The position numbers were made by a program, and so were the translations under genes. Shown here piece after piece: positions 24,781 to 39,406 of a stretch of DNA of 64,000 bases. The notes beneath the pieces are model-generated. The model did not search any database. It was not told the DNA's origin and saw nothing but the letters and a program-made list of their open reading frames with translations. The DNA is from Octopus sinensis (Eukaryota): contig NC_042997.1 in NCBI RefSeq assembly GCF_006345805.1, forward strand, positions 48,360,001 through 48,424,000, given 5' to 3'. Numbering within the stretch: the first letter of the stretch is position 1; each line of letters opens with the position of its first letter.

Positions 24781-27700
24781 ACGTTAATAAGGAAGTTAGA
24801 TTGATATACGATTGTAAATAACTGTACTTAGCAACCTTGAACACAAAAACATATAAAGATGAATAAGGATGGATCTAAATATACAGTGAAATGCACATTG
24901 ACACACGCATACACACATAGGCGCAAGTTATGTATTTCAAGTAAATACGTTATCGTACAGACATATACAGTAACTTGTTTAAAGCAGTACGTTGATACGC
25001 AAACACGCCGATAGGATCGGCATTCATACATAACAAGCATAACAAGAATATCATACAACTAAATGATAAAAGAGAAAGAATACAATTGAAAGCATTCATT
25101 TTCACTTTGTATTTCGTACTGGATTACAATCATTGAAAAACGAACGAACCCAAACTGTGAAACAATGATAGAAATATAACAATGGATTGCCCATATTATA
25201 TCTATATATAAGAAAATATATAATACTGCCCAATCTCTCTCTATACACACACACACAAACACATACACATGTAGCCAGCACGCTTATATATGTGTATGTA
25301 TGATTACTATTCACAGAGATTGTGTGATATATTGAAATGTACACCATTAATCTAAAACAATATTTGTTAGTTATTAATTGAAGGAATGAATAATAGAATT
25401 TGATTGAATCAAGGAGGCTTATGTAATTTCTGATCATATGTTAAATCTCTAAACAGACGCTTGCTATCCGCTTTTCATAGATGGAGTACAAAATTGGTGC
25501 AAAAATTTCGAAAATAGCTGCCTTCTAATATATTACAATGAGAGAGCTGTTATTCCAGATTGTCGATAACAACATGGAAATCGCATCTTCAATTTACAGA
25601 GTTATATCATGACACAAGAAACGACAACTTGATTAAACGAAGTCATATGGTTTGGTTATTTTTCCTTATGTATCATTCAAACTATCAGTTTGCACCAAGA
25701 CAACGTAAATTATGACAAGTTTCAGTAAAAGGCAAATAAATTGAGAAAAACCTGATAGAGAAAAATGTAACTTTTTTTGTAAACTTAAATTAGAATTTCA
25801 AAATTCTGTTTGGTTTATTAAAACTGTGCAGGAATCTAGCAACGATTCTATTTCAATTTATGGAATGAGTGAAAAAAACGTAACATGCAAGAGCAGCTCA
25901 CATGTTCATTTAACATTCGCAGTTATTTCAAGCAGTTACTAGTGCATGTCCAAATAAAAATGACGAACGGTAATTGATTTTCTAAATGGCTGTCCAGTTA
26001 AATGCTTTATTAATATTCGTATGTATTGAGGTTTGCTTGTCGAAAGAAATCTGAGTTTAAAATATTGGAAATTTGGTCGTGCATGTCGATCCTAATGAAC
26101 CGAGCAAAGTAATAAAGTTCAAGTCCTTACGCAATGCTTTGATACAAGAAATATCGATTTATGCTGAGACACAATAACACATTTCTTATATGAAGAAATA
26201 AACAGTTTTGTTTTATTTGGTGTAACCATTTTATTAACCTCAGAAAACACGAAACAAACTTCAATATATCAAAATATGTTTCCTTACATGTCTCTGCATA
26301 CGTTGCATGTCATCGTATGTAAATAACCTCAAAGCTCTAACAATTCTACAACTTAACCGATTCTAATGGCTTCTGAAACAGAGATTTAGACAAATGACAA
26401 CAATTTTGAGGGTAGGAGCACTAATCAAAAACTCAAATAATTGACTGGTCTTTTATTTTATTATCCCCGAAAGAATACTAAGCACAGTAGGACTCGGAAC
26501 GTAAGGAAATGGAGCTTATACTATTAAGTAGTTTACCTATCTTTAATTACTATGTCAATTCAACACCTTTAAACAATACGTAATTTTAATTTACGCGCAA
26601 CGTTAGCAATTTCCTTTTCATTTTGACCCAAGTATTAGATTGGTAGATTAGTTTAAATACCCGCTAGGCAATGATATGCAAAGAAAACTTTGGTTGTTTT
26701 TCAAGTAGAATTATAAAAAATAGGAAATCGTACAGTGTGGTCATTTTCTCTGACTCTCGAACGTTTCTTCTGAGATAAATAATCTCTTTTTACTGGATAC
26801 AAGTCTTGTACAAAATGGCTACAAAACATGCACTGGGATATATAACCACCCAAGATTCTTAGATTCTGAATGACACGATACACAATTATACTTATTCATA
26901 GAGTCGCGGAAGCGCTCATCCCTCTACTACTTGGTCACTTTTTGCCCATGCTGCCTTTCCCCTCAACTTTTCTGGAGTAAATACTTAGAAAAAAAATACG
27001 TTGTTTTTCTTAGCAAACTTGCATTTATTTTCGTTTTCAGTGATCTGGGGTTCAAGTAATGTTTATCGTTAAACGTTTTAACTGGCTATGTTATTTGGGC
27101 AGATGGCCATTTTCACTGCTATTCGTATTGCCTTTAAGAGTCGTAAGGAACAAGAAAATCCGCGCGACACAATTATGGCAGTGGACATTTTTATAACAAA
27201 GACACCACCATCATTTCAAAGACGGAATTACTTATAAAATGAAATCAAAATCACTAACTTGACTTCGATGGGATTTGAACTTACAGTGTAAAGACCTGAA
27301 ATAAATACTACAATTGTTCCATCCCGCAATTTTGTGATTCCGATAGGGTCGGCATCATCGAAAGCACTGATCGAATGTTGAAATAGTTTATCGACCTCGA
27401 ATGGCAAATAGTGAAGTTGCGCTTAAAATCTAAACAATGTCAACAAACGCCCCAAAGTATTTTTGTCTAATGCCTCAAATATTTTGCCAATACACAGTAC
27501 TCTCGCAATTTGTAATTGAGTCATAATCTCAGCAAGTTTCAGACGAAGTGTTAACTGAAAGCAGCGAACTTAATACCAACAGGAACCCTATTTCATCGAC
27601 TCCTTAACAATGGAAAGAGAAGTTAAACATGACTCATTGAATTCATAACTAAAGACTAAAATGTATCCTATCAGTTGCTGTACAAATTCTACCGAATCAC

Positions 27701-28079
27701 TCACTGTTTCCGTAAAAGGTAGTATAAATAGCAGCAACAGCGTTAGTAGTACTAGTAGTAGTAGCAGTAGCAGCAGCAGTAGCAGCCGTCCAAGAATTTG
27801 GACCTGGAGATCTCCAATTCCAGAGACTTCGAGGGCCACCTCCCAGTGGTGTCGGGCGTCAACGAAGAGCCCTCGACTACAACAAGACGACCAACTTTTT
27901 TTCCAAGGTCTGGGGTCTCCCGCCCCTAAGCCCCTTACCCATCACCTAATCACCCTTAGCCGTCTTGTTGCTTAACAACAACAACAGCAGCAGTAGCAAA
28001 AGCAGCAAAGTTAGCAACTACAGTATTAATAGCATCAGCACAGCTGCAGCAACATTAGCACTAACACCATCAGCCGGAA

Positions 28080-28118
<39 letters not shown>

Positions 28119-30644
28119 TAGTATAGTAGTAGTAGTAGTAAATTGAAATAACTATACAATATTAGTCGCTATATTATATCGAAGAAATGTCTAATAAAAC
28201 TTCAACTAAAATGAAAAGGATATGAAAATTATTGCTGTTGTGATTATTTGCGTCACATAATCCTGTGTTTCAGAAAAGAATCAACGGTGTCTCGTGGACT
28301 AGATAATAAGAAAATAAAATCGTATTTAATGTAATTAATTACCAGACAGTGTTCCTTATATTTTTATAAGATCATAAGACGAATATTATTTCTCAAAGCC
28401 TCAAGAGATTTGTGAGATTTCTATCTCGAAAGATAAGTTTTTAGTGGCTCACCATCCAATTTAAAAAAAAAGAAAGACTATATTGTTCCCTCTTTAAAAT
28501 TATGATTGGATAGATATTCATCAGTCCACTTTTACTCATAAATAACAGTTCATATTTGACAGCTGACGTTTTTCAACATCTGAACGCTTTTATACTATGA
28601 CTGATGTAAATAATACTGCACCACTGATAAGCGTAGAAGCTCGGCAGCATCACAAGTCCCGTAGATAGAATGCAGTTCAGTATCCTTTTGGCATTTCATT
28701 TCATTCCGAGGTTAAATCACTCAGAGACCGACTTTTGTCTGTCTTCCTCTCAGGTTCAATATAATAAGATAAAACTGAGGTTTTCTGAAAGAAATCTGCA
28801 ACTATATTATTTTAAACATAAAGGTAAGTAAGTATATTACAGGAAATTTTGTATTGCTATTAAATGTTGCAAATGTTTCTGAGTCATCTTGCACTGGAAA
28901 ATGCCCAGATATTTTAATGTCTCTCAGAAAGCAGACTTATGTCTACTTCTCATTCCAATATGTAAGAACGACACGCGATTTTAGTAAATGCGCGGTATTA
29001 TCTGCGATGAACATCTCAGATATCCCAGCGGCTGTAAAAATATTTCAGAAAGCCTCTGAGGATTTGTATACCGCGAATAAAATCGCACCCTCCAATGAAG
29101 CATATCAAAATATTTCACTAGTAATATAGGAAAACATTCTTTGTAAAATTTATTTCACTTCTATCGATTGAAATTTTGTCTACGGATGAACTACCTATTT
29201 TCCCGATGGCGGCTAATCTTTGATTTTATTCTTGATATATATAGACAATCTAAAGGATTTAAGCTCCTTTGAAAGTGTTCTTTTATCTTTATTCAAGAAT
29301 ATTGATTCCTTTTTATAGTTTCAAAGTCTCAAATATATCGCAGAAAAGCTATGTGTTTAAGGTAGCATTAATATGTTCTTTTGATGGTAACAGAGTCGTC
29401 AGTGGCGTAAAAGGTTGCTCTACCTAGTGCTTATGCGTATTTTACAATTTTCATAATATAATGACGAACAAAAATATATCAACATTACAAATTGTACTGT
29501 TTTTTAGCTCATGAAATATAGAATTGATTCGGCTGATGGAAAATGTGAGACACTCTCATAAACAGGTATATATTTACGTCACTCTGATCATGTTGGTAAC
29601 TTGCAAAAGTCATTTACTATTATTACATTGTGATAAATTTTTAGAGACCAACTTTCACTACTGTCAAAGAGGAAATAATTTTTAAAAATGTCTTCGCCTG
29701 AATGAATCAGTTCCTCTCTACCTACAAAGATGTTACAATCATCATATTCTAACAAACTGACGTGCACTCACAAAAATATTCAGACGTATTCTTGTACTTG
29801 TACAGAACGCATATGGAAAGTGAGACAATGCATGCAGGAATGGTAGTAACTATAATTTTAGATAATTGAATAAACAGGGGAAGTGGCTAGGCTGTGCCTC
29901 TGAAATTTCTTTCCTTCTTCAATATTATAAATCAGTAATGCCACACGAAGATAAAAACCCATCACTGGGAGCTAACGTTACACATCATTTTTCGGTACCT
30001 CAACTCTTATATCTATCGAGTATTTTTCCCATACCAAATAATGTATCGATCCATGCAAATGGCAAACACAAGGATGTTGTTGTTTATATATACAGGGTAA
30101 TGCTGACATGTGAATAATTAATGTTGCACTCGCGGTTGATTTTATCACATTTTATTGATTTTGTAAAACGTTTAATTATTCACGTTTGAAGAAGGTTAAC
30201 ATGATTTGACCAAGTCTCTTAGATCTACTATTAAAATTTGAATTGTGCGATAAAAGAAGCGCTTAGTTAATTTAAAAGAATAGGGAAAAAATTGCATTTT
30301 GCAAACTGTTAAATTATATAAAATTTCAGCAGAGAGAATAAGTGGGGCAGAGTATTAAGGTCAGAATTGAAAAGGTTACGTGATTCTCTCAACGAGGATG
30401 CGTCGAAGTTCAGACGAGAATGACGAGAAGAAAAGAATAACAAAATCGTAAATTGAACGAGAATCGTAGTACTGTTGATTATTCTTTAGTTAATTATGAT
30501 GTGGTTGTTGTTGTTGTTGATGATGATGATTCATTAAACATTATGGTACTATATTAACTATATATCTTATTTTACCTTAGTTGATAGCAAATCTTTAACA
30601 ATGGACATCATTATGAGACTGCAATCCGGAAAATCTAAATTTTT

Positions 30645-30649
30645 ATATG

Positions 30650-30726
<77 letters not shown>

Positions 30727-30794
30727 ATATGTATGTATATATATATATATACATATAATACATATATATATACATATATATATAACATATATAT

Positions 30795-30885
<91 letters not shown>

Positions 30886-30946
30886 CTATATATACATATA
30901 TATATATACATATATATATACATATATATATACATATATACATATA

Positions 30947-31037
<91 letters not shown>

Positions 31038-31140
31038 ATATATATGTATATGTATATATATATGTAGATATATATATACATATGTATATATATATTATAT
31101 ATATATATATATTATATATATACATATATATATACGTAGA
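30645..31140. repeat. ~500-bp interrupted (TA)n microsatellite
   Basis: Direct reading. Confidence 0.95.
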
Positions 31141-31435
31141 TTAATTGTAATTTTCCTTCTAATTAACCGCTTCTTACACTCTGTGTAGCACATTTGAATT
31201 TCAAACATATTTTAACCTTTTGCAAAACATATGTTCACTCTACAATACCTGAACACTTCCTTGTAATTAATCTCGAAGACAAATATAATTGTATAGACAT
31301 CAAACATTCCTGAGTTCCTCGACAGTTCGAAATCAATATCAAACACCTGACCATGTCCTTAGAACACAGAAAAGAAAGCTAAGAAGTAAATGAGCCTTGT
31401 TTTCTTGTACATATTAAGCTATAATACAATATTGG

Positions 31436-31560
31436 TTTCTAATTTGGGCACAAGGCCAGCAATTCTGGAGTAGTGGGTACGTCGATTACATCGACCCGAG
31501 TGTTCAAGCTGTACTTATTTTATCGACCCCAAAAGGATGAAGGCGAAGTCGAACTTGAAA
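31436..31560 (-). mobile_element. SINE fragment (same family as 53110-53300)
   Basis: gggcacaaggccagcaattctgg...gtcgattacatcgacccgag...gtacttattttatcgaccccaaaaggatgaaggcgaagtcga. Confidence 0.6.
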
Positions 31561-31747
31561 TTTTCTCATAATTAAACGCACAAGCACGGCCTGCACTATG
31601 GTAGTTTCTTCTCCAGGCAAATGAAAATTCCTACAGCTTAACTATCACGTTTCCAGCAAAGTATTTCTCCGACTGTGTTCAACAGCACAGACTCATATAC
31701 ACACGCGCACGCATAAACTAATATATATGCATGTGTATGTATGTATG

Positions 31748-31792
<45 letters not shown>

Positions 31793-32834
31793 CGAGAGAG
31801 AGAGATACAAATATTGTCCATAAAGTAGGTTGTATCTCAATAACCTTCGGTCACAGGTACGCGTAATAAATGTGTAGATATCTAACTATCTCTCATTGTT
31901 TGGATGTGTGCGTGTGTCTGTTTGTGTGTTGTGTGTGTATGCATGCATGTATAATATACATATGTATGTTCATATGAATGTTTGCATGTATGTATGTATG
32001 TATGTATGTATGTATGTCTGTATGTATGTATGTGTGTGTGTATGTATGTATGTATGTATGTATGTATGTATGTATGTATGTATGTATGTATGTATGTATG
32101 TATGTATGTATGTATGCGTGTGTGTATGTATGTGTATACAATCACATATCATCGCAGTACTCCTCTAGCTAATAAAAGGTTGCCTTAATATCTGATGACA
32201 TACTCATTCTGTACCACATCAAAAATGTTGCAGAGCTAATATAAATATATTTACATTAAATATTCTTACATCTTAGAAACCACAAATTTCCTCTCTATTA
32301 ATATAATTTAGTCAGTCGAACGTTTTTAATAGCACTATGGTTTATCTTTCATGCTAGGTATACGAATACAGGCGAAATGAAATTCCGATAAAGACTATTT
32401 TCTGTCAAGTTTTTGCCAAGAAGGTTATTTATATATTTATAATTGTAACATTTATTAATAATCATGGCACATTGATGCGCTTTTCGTTCACTCAGCGGAT
32501 AAAACATCAGACAGATTTTTTCGGTATTTATTTTTATGTAGTATACTGTCTAATGCATTAATATAGCTCAGTCGATGTAGTGGTTTTTTGAAAAGAGAAT
32601 CTTGACTTTAGAGTACATGTAAACACACTGATACACATATAGGCACCCAAAGTCGTACACACGCGCACGCGGCCAAACATAGATACAACGCACACACACA
32701 CACACACACACCACACACACACAGACACACATACACACACGCACACTCATATATCTCTCTATATGTATACATCGTTTACTCTTTTTCTAGATATATATAT
32801 ATATTAATATATATGTATACATACACATATATAT

Positions 32835-32870
<36 letters not shown>

Positions 32871-33014
32871 TATATACAGATAGAAAAAATAGATATATAT
32901 CTATATATCTAAATATAGATATGTGTTTATATCTATCTAGAGATGTAGATATATCAATCTATATATGTAGAGAGAGAGAGGGAGAGAGACAGAGACAGAC
33001 AGCGAAAGATATTG

Positions 33015-33112
<98 letters not shown>

Positions 33113-33147
33113 GAAAGAGATAGATAGATAGATAGATAGATAGATAT

Positions 33148-33185
<38 letters not shown>

Positions 33186-33206
33186 TGATAAATAGATAGA
33201 TAGATA
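33015..33206. repeat. (GATA)n array at the 3' flank of the Tx1-like element
   Basis: Direct reading. Confidence 0.95.
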
Positions 33207-33608
33207 TGTTTCTTTATTAGCCACACAGGCTGCACACAGATAGAACAAATTACAAGGTAGAGCTTTTCTTTTGAAGGTTTAAAAAAAAAAAAAAAAAAAG
33301 AAAAATAGGAGGGGGAGTTTCGATCAAAAGGGATCGTAAAAGGAGAGAAAGAGGACAAAAATAAGGGGGGTAAAAAAAAAAAAAAAAAAAAAGGGGGGGG
33401 GGAGAGGAAAAAAAATGATCAATAGGGATCGTTATCACAGAAATGTCAATATGAAGTGTAAAGGGGAGGACAGGTGAGGTTTACCCGTGGAAAGAAAAGC
33501 CTGCGGAAAAGACCACGGTAACCTCGGTCAATGAAGTCACATTTTATATTTCTTTTTTTTTTTTTTTTTTTTTGCAAATAAGCAACTCTCTGTTTTCGAT
33601 TTCTGGGT

Positions 33609-36600
33609 TCATAGGACTATGCTCAAGGTGGCTTCGTCATTCATACGTGCCATTCTTGCTACATTCACCCATCTTTTTTTAAAACATTCGCTAGACAAAA
33701 CTTGCCTCTCTACTCTCACTTTCCTTTTCAAGTGGTACTTGAAGAAGTTGATGAGAGATTGACCAGAGAGGAAAGTGTTTGTCTCCAATCCTTTCAGACG
33801 CGTCCACCAGATACATTCTTTCGCCATAGCCACAAGGATGATGAAAATAGCTCTTCCTTCCCGTTTGAAGGAAGGAGGCGTGACAATATTGACGATAGAC
33901 TCAGCTGATAAACCGACTCGTCCCACACGTGACAGCAGTTGTTCGACATAAGCCCACAGGTCGGAAATTGTTGGACACTGAACGAGTGCGTGCAGAACGG
34001 TTTCGTCGCTCTGACCGCATCTCGGGCAGGTCGGCCCCGTGTTTCTCGAGCCGTGTCTGTAGAGCTTATCCCGAACGGGTAGCGCTTCTCGGTAGCACTG
34101 CCAGGCCAGGGATCTCTGGAAGTTGTCCATGGGCCCTGGCCCGAAAGTCGTCCCGAACAGGCGGGTCAGGTACTCCTCGTCGACGTCCAGGTTCGCCCCG
34201 AGCTCGTCGTCGTACCTCCCCTCCACTAAACCCCTATAGAATGCTTTGGTTGTGTTGAAGTCACTTAAGGTCGACCCAGGACGGCAGAGTTGCTTGAGAG
34301 CAACGCGACACGCGGTGCCATTCGCCCTTCCTCGGCCTCTTTTTGATCCACGACTGCAGTTCGGTCATGGAGACGAGCTGCGGGAAAGCGTGCCTCACAA
34401 ACGGCGACCACACCTGTTCACCGTCGTCTACATACAGCCAGAGATGTCGCAGTCTCAGCGCGTGTCTGCGCATCATCAACCACGGCATGCCCAGCCCTCC
34501 TTTTAACGGGTGTTGACAGCAAATGGATCGCCTGACCATCGGGACACATCCTTTCCACAAGAAGCGAAAGAGGATGCGTTGTAGTTTGGTGATGGTAGGG
34601 TCGGGACAAGGTACGACGGTCAGGCGGTAGTAGATGACGGACGCGATGTACGTGTTCGCCACCTCCGCTCGACCTTTTAGGGACAGTTTCCTCTCGGCCC
34701 ATTGCCGGGCGAGAGTGACCACCCTACTCGTTATCTCGTTCCAGTTCTTCTCCACTTGGAGGTCCGGACCAAACCAGACCCCGAGCAACTCAACCGGGCC
34801 GTCGGTCCAGCGTCCCACGACGGAGGCGCTGGTGGACGGCATGGGCTTGCTTCTCCAGGTGCCTAGTCGCAAGCCCACTGACTTTTCCCGGTTGATTTTC
34901 GCTCCTGTCACCGCTTCGTAGTTTTTCAGTGTCTCGCCGACCAGCTCGATGTGCTCGTGGCTAGACACTATGACGGTGACGTCGTCCGCGTATGCAGACA
35001 CGCTCGTCCCGCATCCCAATTCTCGCGGGATGCCCCTTAGAGTCGCCAGCTTCCGCAGTAGTGGCTCAAGAGTCAATACGTATAGAAGCGCCGAGAGGGG
35101 GCATCCCTGACGGACCGAACGTGCAATGTCGAAAGGTCTCGATAGATGTCCATTTACGCGAATTACCGAACGGATGCCCCTGTACAAGGCAGCTATCCAG
35201 CCGCGGAAGACGGGACCGAAACCAGCCGCTCTCAGGACTGCCTCCAAGTATCGATGGTCTACCCTATCAAAGGCTTTTGATTGATCCAAGTTGATCAGGG
35301 CCCCACCCATGCCAGGTTCGTTAACTACCCTGTCTATGATGTAGCGCATCAGATGGAGGTTGTCATGGATGGTCCGGCCTGGCACGGCGCATGTTTGCGC
35401 CTTGTCGACCAGTTTCTCGATGACAAGCGCCAACCTCTTGGCTAGCACCTTGGCCAAAATTTTCAAGTCTGCATTAAGCAGAGTGATGGGCCTAAAGTTA
35501 TCTATTACATTTCCCTTGTTTAGATCTTTCTTCAGCAGTGTTACGGCTCCTCGGCTCACAAAACCAGGAATGCTCCCGTTTTGCTGCCAGTTGCAGTACA
35601 CCGCCGCCAAGAGATCTCCAAACAAGTCTGGCATACAATTGTAAAGCTCGTAGGGTAGACCATCCAAACCCGGTGATTTGTCCCTCGAGCATTCTGCCAT
35701 CGCTTCCCGCACTTCCGCCGCCGTGATGGCACCTTCGCAGCACCCTGCCTTTCTTGTCGAGAGTCGTGGTAGGCTATGTAGGTAGGCACTGAAGTCCACC
35801 CTACGTTCTTGCCCTCCACTCGTTCCGAACAGTCGGGCAAAATGCTGCTGAAAGGCCTCACACATTTTACTTGGCTCGAGCAATTCGCGCCCCTGTTCAT
35901 CTACCAGTGACCGAATGGTGGCTTTGTTGCCCTGTTGCGCCTCTGCCACCCGGGCCTCTCTCGCGGCTCCAACACCTTCGTTCCTTAGAGCACGCATCCT
36001 AGCTCTGACAGCACATCCTTCGTGTTTGGCGTTGAAGTGTTGGTCGAGGGCCAACCTCGCCGCCAAAACGTCGGATGCGATGCCGCTTCTAATTGCCTCT
36101 TCTAGCTTCTTAACTAGCTCACCCTCTACTCTATTTCTATCTATGGCTAGTGCTTTGCTGTACCTAATCGCTTCTGCTTTTACTGCTCTCTTGAGGGCAA
36201 ACCACCATTTGTTGTTGATGATGGCTCCCGTCAAAGCCCTCTTTACTAGTGTGCTAATCCGGTCTCTGAAAACTTGTCTCGATGGGAAAGACGCGTTTAG
36301 TTTCCAGTATCCGGGACCCTGCCTAAGTGTCTTACCTAAGTCTAGCGTACATGTCACAAGTTTGTGATCCGTGTAGCTGACTATGTGGAATTGTGGACAT
36401 CCTATGCTATCTCTATCTACTGTCCTACACAGTATCCTATCTAGATACGATCTCGACGACCCGATGCGGTTGCTCCATGTCCACGTTGGCGCATTCGGGT
36501 GGTCTAGTCGAAACCTGTCAGACAGTTGAAAGCGTCTGAGCAGGTCTCTGAGGCATTTGCATCCCCGTCTATTCCTATCTCTACCCACGTAGTCTACATG

Positions 36601-37043
36601 CGTGTCCAAGGTAGCATTCCAATCCCCCACTAAGAGTAAAGGACGAGACGTTCCCAAGAAAACTTCTAGACGTTGAAAGAAATCCGCCCGACCTGTTAAG
36701 GGCGGTGCGTAAACTGATACGAGCCGAAAAGCGCACCCATTGCTGCCGTCGACATCCAGGACGACCAGTCTACCCTCCGGGTCTACGAATATTGTCCTTA
36801 CATTGAGATCCAGACTCTTGTGAAAAAGTACCGCGGTGCCACTACCGCCCATTCTCGGCAGACAGGGGGAAAAATAAATGTTGAACTGTCCGCCAAACAT
36901 GGTCTTTAGGGCCGCGGATTGTGGAGTCTGGTCTCGCTTATGGCTATGATTTCTAACTTATGTGACTTTATGTCATTTAAGAGGTACCCTTGTTTCCAAG
37001 GGGACCCCAAGCCACGCGCATTTACACAACCAATCTTGATCAT
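33609..37043 (-). CDS. ORF2: apurinic-like endonuclease, reverse transcriptase and C-terminal zinc knuckle (two frameshifts, ~36915 and ~34310)
   Basis: MIKIGCVNARGL...IIAISETR, LLLVGDWNA, SYLDRIL, SYTDHKLV (APE); KSPGLDGLP, FRPITLLNADLKILAK, LDQSKAFDRV, VRQGCPLS, AYADDVTV (RT); CPRCGQSDETVLHALVQC. Confidence 0.9.
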
Positions 37044-37074
37044 AGTTCTAATGAATTAGAATACAGAGGGTTAC

Positions 37075-39079
37075 TTACTGCTCGAAAGTTTTTGCTTTCT
37101 CCTCCGTTGGTTTGTCCTCGAGAAGATCCCAGTACAGTTTCTTTGTGAGATATTTTTGGCATTTACCAACCGCACTGGGGAAAATGCCTTTGAGTGTGTG
37201 GTGCAGACTTTTGGAGATGTGTATTATTTTGATGTGGTCTGGTGGTGTTGTGTATGGGTGGTTGTTTGTTTTTATGTCATCTTCTGTTATGTTTGTTTTT
37301 GATTGGATGTATTCCATCAAATTTGTGTTTTTGGTGTCTATGGCTGTGAGCATGTTTGCTGTATATGTTTTTGTGGTGTTGGTGTGGCTGTTGTTTGCGT
37401 TGGGTTTTGAAATGTCTTCGGGAGATGTATTTCCCCCTGCTTTGTTCGTGTTTGCATTTGGTTTGGTTGTGTTTCTGCTCTTTATTTTCCTTCTTTTTGT
37501 AGCTATTTGCCATTCCTCACTGGTTTCGTCTTCCGACGAAATTTCTGAGGAATCAGAAGGGGGTAGGGGTATGTTGTGGGCTTCTATGTATGTCTGTGTA
37601 AGTGGTTGTGTTGTTGTTTTCGTTGTTGTTGGTTGTTGAGTGTTTGTGTGTGTTGAGTGCGGTATAAGGGATGGGGGATCAGTTTGTGTGTGTTTTCTTT
37701 TTGTTTTTTTTTCTGTTCCTTTGGGTTTTGCTGTTGATGGTAGTGTTGGTATTTTTCCAGGTGTCGAGTGGTTTTTGGTTGATGACGGATTAGCTTGGTG
37801 TGCTTCTCTTGTCGTCTTCTGTGTTGATGGTGGTGTGGGTAGTAGAGCTTTTTTTCCGGAGTGCTTTGGTTGTGGTAGTGGTTGTTGTTGTTGCTCTTGG
37901 TGTGCAGTGGTTGGGCACGTCTTTTTCAAGTGTGTTTCGCTTCCACACAAATAGCAGCGTGGTCGCCTGCCCTCTACCACTATATAGAGTTTGTAGCCTC
38001 CTGGCAGTTCTATAGCGGTGGGTATCTTCTCTCTTGCTGCTTCATCCAATTGAAGCAGGAATTCGATTGATTTGCCCACATAGTCTTTCTCTCCTAGAAC
38101 CGCGATTTCCAGGATGTTTGTCTCTGACATTGTCTCTGACATTTCAAAGCAGATGGCAGAGACCACCCATTGTTTTTCGACATCAAATGGTATGTTTTTT
38201 ATTTGGACTTTCGTGACCCTTTTGTTTAAATAGACTGGTATCATTACCAAGTCGTCCGAATGTAGCTCCAATGTGGAAAAACGTTTTGCTAAACTTTCGT
38301 TGAGGAACGTACTTGGACTGTACCAAATTTGTTTCCCCAACTGATATATTCCTTGGAGTCCCATACAGGACGAAGGCATTTATCGATTTTTTCCTGCGGT
38401 GCATTTTCTGTTTCTTCTGTTTTTTGTTTATTACTTTATAAATTATTGTTTTTTTTTGCGTGTTTTCCACGATGTGTTGTGGGATATGAAGGTGCAATTT
38501 GTCTCCTTCTTTGGAGAAGAGTGCCTTTGTGCGGTTTATCTCTTGTGTGGTGAATGTTACAATTGTTCTTTTTTGTTTTGTTACGTCCGCAAAATTCGTT
38601 TTGAATTTGGCAGTAGAAGTGTTATTGTGGCAGTGTTAATTGAAGTCATGGTAGTGGTGTTGGTGTTGGCGGTATTAGCAGCAGAAGGCTTGGATGTAGC
38701 ATTTGACGTCGTAGTAGTGGTGTTGGTGTTGGCGGTGTTGTCTTTGGTAGGCGGCTTTGTGCCAATTTCGTTGTTGTTGTTGTTGGTGGTGATATTGGTG
38801 GTGCTGGCATTCATGTTTTCGTTTGTATTCATTTTTGAAATCCCTTTCTCTGTCCCTTTATCATCAACAAGTGGTGTGGGGAGTGAGGGGAAATCTAAGT
38901 TAATGTCTTTGGTCGCGGCGATGGTGAATGCGACGTTAGATTGTTGTTGTTGTTGTTGGTGGTGGTGATGGTGGTGACAGCGGTGTTCACGCTGCGATGT
39001 TTAGCAGCTAGTGGTAGCAATAGTGTTTTGCTACCGTTCTGCATGACTGCGGGCTAGCCACGTGGTTTCTAGTTGCCAT
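37075..39079 (-). CDS. ORF1 (Gag-like, CX2CX4HX4C knuckle), frameshifted in its 5' third
   Basis: The 434-aa ORF 37075-38379 has RCYLCGSETHLKKTCP and TKVQIKNIPF; upstream His/Gln/Thr/Asn-rich segments lie in shifted frames; the start ATG at 39079 is inferred. Confidence 0.7.
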
Positions 39080-39296
39080 TTTCAAAATGAAAAATGGCTA
39101 AAAAACCACGAAAGTTTTGAAAGTTTTTTTGTAATTTCGCCCATACAGGGGCGGAATTCTACGTGAATAATTCTCAGGTTTTTAGTGAATGAAATTGCAC
39201 AACGATTAAAACAAAATATTTGACAACAAGGAGTTTTAAACATGTAAAAGTGGCCAACTTACTTGGAGCCGATATGACTAGCGTCCGTCCATTGTG

Positions 39297-39325
39297 AGAT
39301 AGAGATAGATAGATAGATAGATAGG

Positions 39326-39406
<81 letters not shown>

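Larger units (their letters stand above)
33207..39296 (-). mobile_element. Full-length (~6.1 kb) Tx1/L1-clade non-LTR retrotransposon embedded in (GATA)n
   Basis: 5'UTR, ORF1 with a CCHC knuckle, ORF2 with APE, RT and CCHC, 3'UTR with pyrimidine runs ending AATAAAGAAACAT directly into (ATCT)n; the 5' end also abuts (ATCT)n. Confidence 0.92.

Noticed and set aside
25493-25698. ttggtgcaaa ... tttgcaccaa, mariner-TIR-like 10-bp inverted pair
   Set aside because: Too short and no TA target duplication; could be chance
30567-33358. Many 60-165-aa ORFs of IY/YI, CV, HT and LSIY repeats (also at 0.4, 3.5, 14.5-15.8, 19, 40, 51-54 and 63 kb)
   Set aside because: Translations of (TA)n, (TG)n, (TATG)n and (GATA)n microsatellites; not genes
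34246-38968. Plus-strand and alternate-frame ORFs of 60-189 aa overlapping the Tx1-like element
   Set aside because: Antisense or shifted frames of a GC-rich or low-complexity transposon ORF; no motifs
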